64,000 nucleotides of DNA from an uncultured Gammaproteobacteria bacterium (GTDB lineage: Bacteria; Patescibacteriota; Patescibacteriia; Magasanikbacterales; GWA2-37-8). The notes under the pieces are model-generated. The model had not been told where the DNA came from, ran no database searches, and saw only the letters and a list, made by a program, of their open reading frames with translations. The stretch's first letter is position 1, and each line of letters opens with the position of its first letter. The stretch covers positions 684-64,683 of the forward strand of contig CAZHTA010000002.1 of assembly GCA_964535515.1 (NCBI GenBank). The letters run 5' to 3'. Of this stretch, positions 1 through 9,667 are shown piece after piece. Position numbers and translations under genes: made by a program.

Positions 1-105
1 TAAATTAATTATTTGTGGCTAATAACTCCCAAATATGATTATTTACTAAACAGAGCTAAGATTAGCCAAAAATATCACTTATCCACTTAAAATACTACCA
101 CTATA

Positions 106-134
106 TTGACAAAAAGGCAAGTTTATGATAATAT
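106..134 (+). promoter_or_regulatory. sigma70 promoter driving the GC-rich structured element
   Basis: TTGACA (106-111), 17-nt spacer, TG-n-TAATAT (129-134). Confidence 0.75.
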
Positions 135-140
135 ATTTAG

Positions 141-785
141 TCATTTAGATAATCGTCCGATATCTGCATAGATTTCTATCTATATAGATACCGCTCGGTT
201 ACCGCGCACCGAGGGGGGCCCTCCATCTGGGCTTTGGTATCAAGCGCGTCCTTTCTTTGGATCATCCCATACCTTGGCAGCGTTCGCTGTATGGGAGGTC
301 GGCCAGCTACGTGTGTAAGCTGGGCCACGCAAGTGGTTACTCGAACGCTCTCCTGCCTATTGCCACGCTCTCCAGGCAATCGGTGTACGACGACTTCGGT
401 CGTTGAGTAGGGAGAAACCAACGGAATCGTTGGGAGCAAAAATGGATCAGCACACTGATCCGACTCGTGGTTGGGCAAGCTTCGTCCGACCAACGAGAAC
501 ACTGGGTTCCTGCAAGCAGGGAGCAATTCTGCTTCAGGACGGGCCAGACGATTCTGGCAGTTTCCACCCTGACCTCGGGGGCATGCTCGCGACTACCGCG
601 TCGTGTAGACCATCGGTCGGAATGGCCAACCCCTCCTCTCTCGAGGAGGACACGCCGTCGACACGGTCTAGGGAACTCTAAAGCTCGAGGTAGGGACAAC
701 TACGGGTCCCGGGCCGACGTGTGAGTCGGTCTCTGCGTACGACTGGGATCGGAGGGGGCGCCGACAGCGCCCCCTCCATCCCCAA
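141..785 (+). ncRNA. Candidate large structured non-coding RNA (~640 nt), family unassigned
   Basis: GC-rich, no credible ORF, about 17 back-to-back hairpins. cUUCGg (394-399) and GCAA (329-332) tetraloops and G-U wobbles read on the + strand. Upstream promoter and 16-bp terminal stem 745-782. Confidence 0.7.
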
Positions 786-825
786 ATTCTCATTGTTTTT
801 TTCTTGAAAGAGAATAGTGAAAAAT

Positions 826-855
826 AAAAAATTCCGTTAATAGCGGAATTTTTTG
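826..855. terminator. Intrinsic terminator (A-tract/hairpin/T-tract)
   Basis: aaaaattccgtt-aat-agcggaatttttt. Confidence 0.7.
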
Positions 856-967
856 TTTCAAATTAATAACCTACTTTTTTACCAGCTAAAAAATTAAAAA
901 CAGATATTGACTCTCAAATATTTTTTTGTTACTATCATACCCGGAAGAAAAATCTAGGGGACTCCAC

Positions 968-1297
968 ATGGCATTCGCTGACGCCAAATCCTTGATAAAG
1001 CCACTCACACTGCAAGATGCAGAGCTGTACGTCGGCAACCACAGACCGACAAAGGGTCGGATCGTGAGCCACTCAGAAAACACCAGAGGGCCGCTGTCTG
1101 GCATCATCGCCATTCAGTTGAAACTCCCAAACGGTGACTCCTACCACTGCGCCCCACTGACCGATCCGCTTGGCCTGAGGAAAGTCAACGAAGAGTTCTC
1201 GGTGACCCTGGAACTACGGGGCCGAACCATCCACCTAGAAATCAGCTCAGAACGGTACAACCGGCATGGCGCCAACAAGTCCAGCCACACCTTCTGA
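968..1297 (+). CDS. Hypothetical protein, 109 aa, GC-rich island gene
   Basis: ATG at 968 after AGGGG SD-like site; own promoter TTGACT(908)-17-TACTAT; 3' hairpin 1322-1349. Confidence 0.6.
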   Translation: MAFADAKSLIKPLTLQDAELYVGNHRPTKGRIVSHSENTRGPLSGIIAIQLKLPNGDSYHCAPLTDPLGLRKVNEEFSVTLELRGRTIHLEISSERYNRHGANKSSHTF

Positions 1298-1367
1298 TCT
1301 TCTTCCACTTCGGAGGACACACCCCACGCTAGCGAATTCGCCCGTGGGGTTCGCTATTTTCACTCAA

Positions 1368-2465
1368 CTAATATCTTTTTTCAATTACACTCTGTACCAT
1401 ACCAACCATTAAAAGATTAACAATTAAAGACGAACCACCATAACTAACAAAAGGCAATGTCACACCCGTAACTGGTAATACTCCCAAGTTAGCACCGACG
1501 TTAATAACCAACTGACTAAAAAATACAATCGTCACACCACTAACAACTACAGCAGCAAAATCATTATCGGAATGTTTGATAATTCGAATTAATCGCCAAA
1601 ACAAAAAACCAAACAGACCTAAAACTGCAGCTGCACCCGCGAAACCCAATTCTTCACCAATTACTGAAAAGACAAAGTCCGTTTGTGCTTCTGGTAAAAA
1701 TCGTAATTGACTCTGCGAGCCAAAGCCCAGTCCCCGACCAAAAAACTTACCTGAACCAATAGCAATTGCTGCTTGATTAGTATTGTAACCAGCACCTAGT
1801 GGATCTGACTCAGGATAAATAAAAGTTAACACCCGATCTTTTTGATAATCTTGTAAAAGAAAAAACCAACCAAAAACTGCCGCGGCTGTTACTGCAACCA
1901 TCAAACCAACAAGATACAAACGACGCGCCCCAACCAAACACATAATACCAAACCAAACTAGACCCAGTATTACTGCCGATCCAAGGTCGGGTTGCAACAT
2001 CACCAAACCAATTGCTGATAAAGTAACGGCCCCAGTACCAAAGAAAAAAAGCGGACGCTCAAAACGTCGACCAAAACGATACACAATGTAAGCTAAAACA
2101 AGAATCAAACCCCACTTTGCCAATTCCACCGGTTGAAAAGAAAAACCCGCAATAGCAAACCAACCGCGCGTGCCACGAATAGTCGCACCAAAAAACAAAA
2201 CTGCTAATAGTAAAATTAAACAAAGAAGAAAAAACCATTTTGCATAGGAACGAAAAAAACCGCTTTGTCGACTCGAAGCCCAAAACATTAAAACCGTACC
2301 AATTAACAATGCGATTGATTGCTTGCGAAAATATACCAATTCCTGACCGCGTGAGAGATCTACACTGTAGATAGCCGCCAAACCGATCAAAATCAAAAAA
2401 AACACGGCCCCAGTTAATCCCCAATCAAAATTGCGCCATGAAAACTTAGAAAAAAATCCCGACAT
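1368..2465 (-). CDS. rodA: Rod shape-determining SEDS protein RodA
   Basis: FQPVELAK, QPDLGSA, LPEAQTDFVF, LPFVSYGGSS motifs; multi-TM. Confidence 0.93.
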   Translation of the reverse strand: MSGFFSKFSWRNFDWGLTGAVFFLILIGLAAIYSVDLSRGQELVYFRKQSIALLIGTVLMFWASSRQSGFFRSYAKWFFLLCLILLLAVLFFGATIRGTRGWFAIAGFSFQPVELAKWGLILVLAYIVYRFGRRFERPLFFFGTGAVTLSAIGLVMLQPDLGSAVILGLVWFGIMCLVGARRLYLVGLMVAVTAAAVFGWFFLLQDYQKDRVLTFIYPESDPLGAGYNTNQAAIAIGSGKFFGRGLGFGSQSQLRFLPEAQTDFVFSVIGEELGFAGAAAVLGLFGFLFWRLIRIIKHSDNDFAAVVVSGVTIVFFSQLVINVGANLGVLPVTGVTLPFVSYGGSSLIVNLLMVGMVQSVIEKRY

Positions 2466-2470
2466 AGTTT

Positions 2471-3433
2471 TTAGCTTTCCGGGGGAAGATATACCGAATT
2501 GTTATAAATGTCAATTAGAGGAAGCACTTTTACATCAGTCACATTTAAACCAACCACAAAACTTCGTAAATCAACCGCCCGTGTCTCGCCTGATTTAAAA
2601 CGTGGTAAATTCAAAGACAGAATACCGACTAACGAGTCACCCTGATACAAACCAACCTGAAAATTAGTATCTGCAAAAGAATATGAACTAGCATTACTTA
2701 GATTGAATTTTATAATATTCGCCGCCGCCCCTTCTGGCCCACCCGAACGTAAAAAAGAAAAATCACTAACTTTAAAATTCAAACGCTCTGCCTGCCACGT
2801 TGCCACATCAACAATATCGTGATTGGAAATACGGCGCCATTGCCAATTACTGATCACCAGCTCTCCCCCACTCGGATAATCTGATTGATCAAAACCTAAA
2901 TATGTAACCATCCTGGTTTCTCCTGGCAAAAGAAAAGAGTGCTTGGCTGGAGTCGGTGTACCATCAATTACAAAATAGTAATCAAAAGAAATATAAAAAC
3001 GACTATTAGGATTAGTTACCTCTCCTATCAAATCATATTTTTTTACCCCTCCAGGCAAAATCTGTGTACCCGCAATTAAAAGTGGTGCCGGAGAATATGC
3101 GGGATGAAAAACAGTGTAATCATAAAAATATGATAAATCACGATCTAACTTACTTCCACTTTCCAAACTATACAAAGCTAGGCTAGCACCCTTAACCAGA
3201 ACAAACAACCAAAAAATAACAGACAACCCAATTAAAACCCCAACAGCTACGCGATACAAAAGAACTCTGTTGCGTGCGAACCAAAAACCCCACTTAAATT
3301 CACTTGTCGTAAACTCAGACGTCGGATCAGTATAACGAGTAAAACTAGGCTTAGGTAACTTAGAAGTATTATCCGAAGTTGGTGTACCAGCACTGGAACG
3401 ATCACCGTTTTGTTGACTATAAATATTGAGCAT
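2471..3433 (-). CDS. Hypothetical single-TM protein with beta-rich extracellular domains
   Basis: 320-aa ORF, one hydrophobic segment, co-oriented upstream of rodA. Confidence 0.75.
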   Translation of the reverse strand: MLNIYSQQNGDRSSAGTPTSDNTSKLPKPSFTRYTDPTSEFTTSEFKWGFWFARNRVLLYRVAVGVLIGLSVIFWLFVLVKGASLALYSLESGSKLDRDLSYFYDYTVFHPAYSPAPLLIAGTQILPGGVKKYDLIGEVTNPNSRFYISFDYYFVIDGTPTPAKHSFLLPGETRMVTYLGFDQSDYPSGGELVISNWQWRRISNHDIVDVATWQAERLNFKVSDFSFLRSGGPEGAAANIIKFNLSNASSYSFADTNFQVGLYQGDSLVGILSLNLPRFKSGETRAVDLRSFVVGLNVTDVKVLPLIDIYNNSVYLPPES

Positions 3434-3558
3434 AAAATTAGTTAAATTGTTCCCTGTTATTATACCCTAAAAAACGTTTTTCTTAAATACTCCCGGCCTT
3501 GCCCACCTAAGATATTTATGGTAAAATTAACTCGTTATTAAAACCAAAATTTCCATTT

Positions 3559-6500
3559 ATGCCTATTCGAAGAATAATAAGGGGGAAGATAAAAGCAGAA
3601 AAACCAACTAAACCGGTAGAAGAAAAAGAGGAAAAAATTGAGATTGAACCAGAAATAATAAAAGCTACAATAACCCATAAAGGAACTAAGGAAAGTAAAA
3701 CTTCCTCAGAATACAGCGCTAAGAATATTACGGTTTTGGAAGGATTAGAAGCGGTACGTCGCCGACCTGGCATGTATATTGGTTCTACTGGTCCAGCTGG
3801 TTTACACCATCTTATCTGGGAAGTTGTCGACAACTCAGTCGACGAAGCTATGGCTGGCCACTGCGATCGTATTGAAGTAACTCTGCTCCCCGACCACATG
3901 GTAGAAGTACGTGATAATGGTCGTGGTATCCCAGTTGATATCCACCCTCAACAAGGCGTAAGTGCCTTGGAAGTTATTTTAACCAAACTACATGCTGGTG
4001 GTAAATTTGGTAATGGTGGCTATAAAATTTCTGGCGGTTTGCACGGTGTAGGTGTTACAGTTGTAAACGCTCTCTCTTCTTACTTAAAAGCTGAGGTTCA
4101 CCTTGGTGGAAAAATTTGGGAACAAGAATACACAGCTGGTAATCCACAAAAAAAAGTTAGGGCCGTTGGTACTTGTAAAGATACAGGTACCACTATTACC
4201 TTCCGAGCCGATGACACTATTTTTGAAACAACTAATTATGAATGGAAGGCGATCGTTGACCACCTACGTCAATATGCTTACCTTTCTAAAGGATTACATT
4301 TCATAATCTCCGATAAACGTAGTCCAGAAGAAAAAGCCGTTGATAAAACAGCAATCAGTTTCCCTAATCCAACTTACCAGTTTTACTTTGAAGGTGGTGT
4401 GGCTTCTTATGTTCGTTATATCAATCACAACAAAGAAGCTAAAGGAGAAAACATCTTTTACGCTGACAAAGAAGCGGACGACGTTAATGTCGAAATTGCT
4501 TTACAGTACAGCGAGGATTACACTGAATCACTTTTTGCTTTTACCAACAATATTCATAATCCTGATGGCGGTACCCACGTTCAAGGTTTCCGCACTGCTC
4601 TAACACGCGTCTTAAACAGTTATGCTCGTAACAAAAATATTTTAAAAGAGAAAGACGCCAACCTAACCGGCGAAGACGTACGCGAGGGTTTGAATGCTGT
4701 CATTTCCATTAAAATACGCGAACCACAATTTGAAGGACAAACAAAATCCAAATTAGGCAATACTGAAGCTAAAACAGCAGTTGAAACAATCATGGGTGAA
4801 GAATTTACCATCTTCTTGGAAGAACATCCTAAGGATGCCGAGGCCATTATTGGTAAATGTTTACTCGCCAGCCGTGCTCGCAATGCTGCCAAAATCGCGC
4901 GTGATGCCATTTTGCGCAAAGGTGCTCTAGAAGGATTTACTCTACCAGGCAAACTAGCGGACTGCTCTTCGCGTGATGCTGAAATTTCTGAATTGTACAT
5001 TGTTGAGGGCGACAGTGCGGGCGGATGTTTTGATGGAAATACCAAAGTTGCGTTGACTGATGGACGTAGCTTGTCATTTATAAAATTAGCAGAAGAATGG
5101 GAACAAGGTAAAACAAACTACTGTTACACAATAAAAAACAATGGCGAAATTGGTATTGAAAAAATATTACACCCACGCATTACCAAGAAAAACGCCACCG
5201 TAATTAAAATCACACTAGATAATGATGAAGAATTGATTTGTACCCCAGATCACAAATTTATGTTACGTGACGGTAGTTACGTCCAAGCTAAAGATCTAAA
5301 ATCCGACATTAGCTTGATGCCTCTCTACCGAAAAACTTCTGTTATAGGAGGTCGTATTACAATAGATGGATACGAGATGGTTCTAAACACAAATAGTAGA
5401 TGGAAATTTACTCATCTTCTTGCTGACGAATATAATTTAACACAAAATGTATATCCTCAAATTGAGAACGGACATAAACATCACAAAGATTTTAATAAAC
5501 TGAACAACAACCCAGATAACATAATCCGTTTGTCTAAAGAAGACCATTTACAAATTCACCGCGAACAGGCGCACAAAACTCTCCATCGTCCAGATTCTAT
5601 TGCTAAATGTAACGAAATTAAACGTTCGGCAATTTATAGAAAAAAAATCTCCGACACGATGAAAAATCTTGGTCCGATGTTAAGTGCCCGAGCCAAAAAA
5701 CAATGGCAAAACGAGGAATATAAAAAATTCATGACGCATAAATTTTTGGAATTTTATAATAACAACGCTGAATACCGAGAAAAAAATAACGAGCTGTTAA
5801 ATAAAATACAAAAAGAGTATTGGGGCAACCTAAACAACCGGACAACACAAGCTGAGCGTGTTAAGGAATCTTTTAAGAACCACCCCGACAGAAAAAAATG
5901 GTTAAGTGAATTAGCAAAAAACCAGTGGAGCAGTGCCGAACTCTTAAATTGGCGCGCACAACAAACCACCAAACAATGGACACCTGAATTTCGCACTAAA
6001 CGTCAACAAGCTTACGCCAAAACATATCTTCAACACAGCTTGTCCTTCGCTAAAACACTAGCCGAACGTGGATTAAATTTCATTTCCACTTACAACCAAG
6101 AAAGAAGCGCTTTGCCAAAACGTAATAATAACATTGTAAAATTTGAAACATTATTAAATCGTTTTTTTGCTGGCGACCAAAATCGATTAGTCGAAGCAGT
6201 GAACAACTTCAACCATAAAATTGTCAGAATAGAAAAAGTCACCAAAAAAGTTGACGTATACGATATTGAGGTGCCACACACCCACAACTTCGCTCTAGCA
6301 AGTGGCATTTTCGTACACAACAGCGCCAAACAAGGCCGCAACCGCGAATTTCAAGCCATTCTCCCACTACGCGGTAAAGTATTAAACGTAGAACGCGCAC
6401 GTCTGGACAAGATCTTAGCTAACAACGAATTGAAATCTCTAATTATTGCAATCGGCACTAATATTGGTGAACAATTCGATATTACTAAGTTACGTTATCA

Positions 6501-7053
6501 TCGTATCATTATCATGACCGATGCGGACGTTGATGGTGCCCACATCCGTACTTTACTTTTAACTTTCTTTTACCGCCATTTCCCTGAACTAGTAAACAAT
6601 GGTCATATATATATTGCCCAACCACCACTTTACAGTGTTAAAACTGGTAAAGAAATAAAATATGCTTACAATGATGAAGAAAAAGAATTGCTCCTAGCCG
6701 AATTAAGTAAAAACAAATCTGCTAAGGCTGAAGCAAAACAGAAAAAAGAAGAAGCTGAGGAAGAAGTACCAGCTGAAGAAAACGGTGAAGAAGGCGGAGA
6801 TGCCCAAGCTGAGTCAATTTTAGTGGGTGGAGTAAAAGTTAACATCCAACGTTACAAAGGTTTGGGAGAAATGAACCCGGAACAACTCTGGGAAACTACG
6901 ATGAATCCAGAAAAACGTTTGATGAAACAAGTAACAGTAGAAGACGCCGGACTAGCTAATGAAACCTTTGAAATTTTAATGGGCGAAGATGTCGAGCAAA
7001 GAAAAAAATTCATCCAGACCAACGCCAAATCCGTAAGTAATTTGGATGTATAA
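3559..7053 (+). CDS. gyrB: DNA gyrase subunit B precursor containing an intein
   Basis: EAVRRRPGMYIG, EVVDNSVDE, GGLHGVG, VEGDSAGG|SAKQGR, IMTDADVDGAHI, QRYKGLGEMNP. Confidence 0.97.
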   Translation: MPIRRIIRGKIKAEKPTKPVEEKEEKIEIEPEIIKATITHKGTKESKTSSEYSAKNITVLEGLEAVRRRPGMYIGSTGPAGLHHLIWEVVDNSVDEAMAGHCDRIEVTLLPDHMVEVRDNGRGIPVDIHPQQGVSALEVILTKLHAGGKFGNGGYKISGGLHGVGVTVVNALSSYLKAEVHLGGKIWEQEYTAGNPQKKVRAVGTCKDTGTTITFRADDTIFETTNYEWKAIVDHLRQYAYLSKGLHFIISDKRSPEEKAVDKTAISFPNPTYQFYFEGGVASYVRYINHNKEAKGENIFYADKEADDVNVEIALQYSEDYTESLFAFTNNIHNPDGGTHVQGFRTALTRVLNSYARNKNILKEKDANLTGEDVREGLNAVISIKIREPQFEGQTKSKLGNTEAKTAVETIMGEEFTIFLEEHPKDAEAIIGKCLLASRARNAAKIARDAILRKGALEGFTLPGKLADCSSRDAEISELYIVEGDSAGGCFDGNTKVALTDGRSLSFIKLAEEWEQGKTNYCYTIKNNGEIGIEKILHPRITKKNATVIKITLDNDEELICTPDHKFMLRDGSYVQAKDLKSDISLMPLYRKTSVIGGRITIDGYEMVLNTNSRWKFTHLLADEYNLTQNVYPQIENGHKHHKDFNKLNNNPDNIIRLSKEDHLQIHREQAHKTLHRPDSIAKCNEIKRSAIYRKKISDTMKNLGPMLSARAKKQWQNEEYKKFMTHKFLEFYNNNAEYREKNNELLNKIQKEYWGNLNNRTTQAERVKESFKNHPDRKKWLSELAKNQWSSAELLNWRAQQTTKQWTPEFRTKRQQAYAKTYLQHSLSFAKTLAERGLNFISTYNQERSALPKRNNNIVKFETLLNRFFAGDQNRLVEAVNNFNHKIVRIEKVTKKVDVYDIEVPHTHNFALASGIFVHNSAKQGRNREFQAILPLRGKVLNVERARLDKILANNELKSLIIAIGTNIGEQFDITKLRYHRIIIMTDADVDGAHIRTLLLTFFYRHFPELVNNGHIYIAQPPLYSVKTGKEIKYAYNDEEKELLLAELSKNKSAKAEAKQKKEEAEEEVPAEENGEEGGDAQAESILVGGVKVNIQRYKGLGEMNPEQLWETTMNPEKRLMKQVTVEDAGLANETFEILMGEDVEQRKKFIQTNAKSVSNLDV
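5026..6321 (+). mobile_element. Intein (432 aa) with HNH-type homing endonuclease
   Basis: Starts CFDGNTKV, block B CTPDHKF, ends HNFALASGIFVHN then Ser+1; internal HHKDFNKLNNNPDNI..HLQIH motif; splits EGDSAGG/SAKQ. Confidence 0.95.
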
Positions 7054-7073
7054 GAAACAATTAAACATAATAA

Positions 7074-7101
7074 AAAACCACCTCGCAAAAGATGGTTTTT
7101 T
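7074..7101. terminator. Bidirectional terminator after gyrB
   Basis: aaaaaccacct-cgcaaa-agatggttttt. Confidence 0.65.
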
Positions 7102-7264
7102 ATTTCCTTCTATTTTGAACTAATTCAAAACAAAAGGGACTTGGCGGTCCAGCTGTGCCCGTAAAGGGAGCTGGACCGCCGAGATAGGAATGACGAGACG
7201 AACGACTCACCCCGATCATCCGACAGCCGCGAAGGCCGAGCAGACGAATCGAGGGGTGTGACGT

Positions 7265-7744
7265 TTAGTTTAGATCGGGGAGATCGAAAAGGCCGAGGAG
7301 CACACCGAATCCGTAAGCGACCCCATTGGTGACAATGGCGGCGCATAACCCCCACCAGATGGCCTCGAGGAAGTATCCGCACGAGAACCATGCGGAGTAG
7401 TCCTTCCCGTCTCCAGCCGCGAGCGCCCAGCGCCACCCATAGTTAGCGGCGAGGAGATGGAGCAACACCGCAACCACAGTGACCACCACCGCCAACGGCC
7501 GGCGGGCGTCGCTGTCCAAGTTGCTGCGGAGGACCAGTGCCCAAACAACCAGGGACACCACTGGCCCGATTGCGAAGGCCATGACCACGCCGAACCAATC
7601 GACTCCATCCAGCTTCGCGCTGCACCAGACGGAATCATCGTACCCGCCACCACCGGCCAACGCAAGGCCGGGGAGAAGGAACATTACCGTGAAGGCCACG
7701 GCGACCATCGACACCAGCAAGCAGGTTTTCCAGGACCTGTTCAA
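7265..7744 (-). CDS. Hypothetical membrane protein (signal peptide plus about 3 TM), GC-rich
   Basis: TTG start after perfect AGGAGGT SD overlapping the upstream stop; hydrophobic segments. Confidence 0.7.
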   Translation of the reverse strand: MNRSWKTCLLVSMVAVAFTVMFLLPGLALAGGGGYDDSVWCSAKLDGVDWFGVVMAFAIGPVVSLVVWALVLRSNLDSDARRPLAVVVTVVAVLLHLLAANYGWRWALAAGDGKDYSAWFSCGYFLEAIWWGLCAAIVTNGVAYGFGVLLGLFDLPDLN

Positions 7745-7746
7745 GT

Positions 7747-9159
7747 TCACCTCCTAGACCAGCCCACGCAGGGCAAGTCTTCGATTGTTCCGCGAACCCA
7801 CCAGAACCCTCCGACGAATTCCTGGAGGGTGGCGCACTCGTACCAGCGTGAGGTATTTTGCTGAACGACACACACGGCATCGTCCTTCACCTCAACGACA
7901 ATCGCGACATGCCCAGGGGCACGATGGCTGTTAGCCGCCACACTCTCCCGACCGTCACGATCAAAGATCAGGATATCATTCACCGCCGGCTTCACCGGCG
8001 AACCGTTCAGGAGCACCGACAAGCCCTTAGCGTTTCCGCTATAGAAATAGCTGTCAGCGTGACCGGTGCGCTCCATGTTCCTATGACCCAGGACGGTGGC
8101 GTAGAACCGATTGACCAGCTCCACACACTGCCACCGTTGGCCATAGCCAGACCGCTCCGATTCACCTTCACCGCGGGGGTGCTGATGAATCTCCGCCCCA
8201 CGATAAAGGCCAACGACCGCTCCCTGCTCCGCTTTGATACCAGGCGGAACAAGGACCACCACACCATTCTTGTCTCCGATACGTGGGAACTGCTCCCCAC
8301 GACCAAAGATAAACGACATGACGGTATCGGTGTAATACCCGAACCGACCGTTGCCGGCCAATCCGAGCCACCCACTTGCCTCCCCGAAGGTCGGCCGATA
8401 GTGAGTGAACACCGACGCGGCACTCGACTTTTCCTCATTGTCCATCTGGATGCCCGAGAGCTCCCAGATGTAAACGAGATCGAAGCCAAGCAACGATATA
8501 TCGGACAATTTTTCCACCCGGAACGGATCCGTGCCGAAGCGCTTACCGTTCAAGTGAAAAAAGTGATAACCCCACCACTCGCCCTGATACTCGAAAGCCA
8601 GAACGAGGTGTGTGTTGATTCCAGCCTTTGCCGCAAGAACTTGCGGGTCCATGCGACTCTGCTGAAAGTGATAGCCGGCCACGTAAAGCCGACTCGAGGA
8701 CAACACCTTGGAGAGATCACTGTCGAACGGGACCAATTCCTTAATCTTGTCCTCAGTTGAGGTTGAGAAATCCTTGGTCCGATCAAAAACTTTGCGGAGG
8801 TCGTCCGCATTGTCCTGACCGAACCGCCAAGCCACCGTCACCTCGAGCTTTTGTCTGCCCAAAATGAAGTTAGCAGCCTGGATCACGGCCGAAGCGCAAC
8901 GCTCGTTGTCCCACATCGACTGCGGGATAAACGCCGGCACCGGGCCGTTACCCGGACGGTCCACAAGACTATCCAGGAGTGATCGCACTTCTACCGGTGC
9001 GCGCGGGCTAAGGGGGAACTTACTCCCCCATTCTTCTTCCACATGGTGACGAGCCACGCAGAAGATCGTTACGAGAACCATCACGACCGAAGTCGCAAAA
9101 ATCCCCGTCACAAAAATCGCGTTGCGCACTCGTCTGCGCTCGGTCCGGCTCAGTCTCAC
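7747..9159 (-). CDS. Membrane-anchored CHAP-domain amidase/peptidase, GC-rich
   Basis: N-terminal TM; C-terminal WQCVELVNRFY...GHADSY...GHVAIV...VVQQN; GTG start after GAGGTG. Confidence 0.8.
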   Translation of the reverse strand: MRLSRTERRRVRNAIFVTGIFATSVVMVLVTIFCVARHHVEEEWGSKFPLSPRAPVEVRSLLDSLVDRPGNGPVPAFIPQSMWDNERCASAVIQAANFILGRQKLEVTVAWRFGQDNADDLRKVFDRTKDFSTSTEDKIKELVPFDSDLSKVLSSSRLYVAGYHFQQSRMDPQVLAAKAGINTHLVLAFEYQGEWWGYHFFHLNGKRFGTDPFRVEKLSDISLLGFDLVYIWELSGIQMDNEEKSSAASVFTHYRPTFGEASGWLGLAGNGRFGYYTDTVMSFIFGRGEQFPRIGDKNGVVVLVPPGIKAEQGAVVGLYRGAEIHQHPRGEGESERSGYGQRWQCVELVNRFYATVLGHRNMERTGHADSYFYSGNAKGLSVLLNGSPVKPAVNDILIFDRDGRESVAANSHRAPGHVAIVVEVKDDAVCVVQQNTSRWYECATLQEFVGGFWWVRGTIEDLPCVGWSRR

Positions 9160-9239
9160 CTGTCACCTCGTGATTGTGTGGGTTGTTGACGTTTAGCAAA
9201 TATCTCCACAGCGATTGGCATCGCTGTCATTCCTATCAA

Positions 9240-9332
9240 TTGTCAAAGATCTGTTTCCAAACAGCTAAAAGCCTCAGCTTCCGGCTATTCAAAGAAACAG
9301 ATAATAATAGCATAAATTAGCGAAAAAGTCAA
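9240..9332 (-). promoter_or_regulatory. Promoter, leader hairpin and boxA-like element of the CHAP operon
   Basis: Minus strand TTGACT-17-TGc-TATTAT, then a ~55-nt hairpin, then GATCTTTGACAA. Confidence 0.6.
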
Positions 9333-9370
9333 TATCCTGTCGTCTGTTATTACTATCCCCATTGAATATG

Positions 9371-9399
9371 TTGACAACCTAGCGGAAATATGGTAATAT
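9371..9399 (+). promoter_or_regulatory. secE operon promoter
   Basis: TTGACA-17-TGg-TAATAT. Confidence 0.7.
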
Positions 9400-9449
9400 T
9401 AAATTGTTAATAAATCGGCCCTGGGCCGTTTTTAAATACTTAAAAAAAT

Positions 9450-9644
9450 ATGAGTATATTTACTGCAGTTAAGAATTACTTCGTTGATTCTTACGCGGAG
9501 ATGAAAAAAGTCTCTTGGCCAACCAAAAAACAAACTACTAATTACAGTTTGTTGGTTATTGGCCTATCAATCGGAATGGCAGTTTTCTTTGCTGTTCTAG
9601 ATTACGTTTTCAACCTTGGTATCGCACAAATGATTGCTCGCTAA
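9450..9644 (+). CDS. secE: Preprotein translocase subunit SecE
   Basis: EMKKVSWPTK motif plus TM; upstream of nusG. Confidence 0.93.
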   Translation: MSIFTAVKNYFVDSYAEMKKVSWPTKKQTTNYSLLVIGLSIGMAVFFAVLDYVFNLGIAQMIAR

Positions 9645-9667
9645 ACCCAATATAAAAATTAAACAAT

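Noticed and set aside
14-87. DnaA-box-like 9-mers (TGTGGCTAA, TTATCCACT) suggesting oriC
   Set aside because: Only two 8/9 matches at the window edge, with no dnaA context visible.
176-724. Four overlapping ORFs (85-120 aa) on both strands
   Set aside because: No recognisable motifs or clear starts; expected by chance in GC-rich DNA; the hairpin tiling explains the region better.
141-785. tmRNA, group II intron or CRISPR array as identity of the structured element
   Set aside because: No tRNA-like ends or tag ORF, no domain V motif or flanking exons, and the hairpins are not repeats of one sequence.
7858-8760. 300-aa + strand ORF
   Set aside because: Antisense shadow of the CHAP gene in GC-rich DNA.
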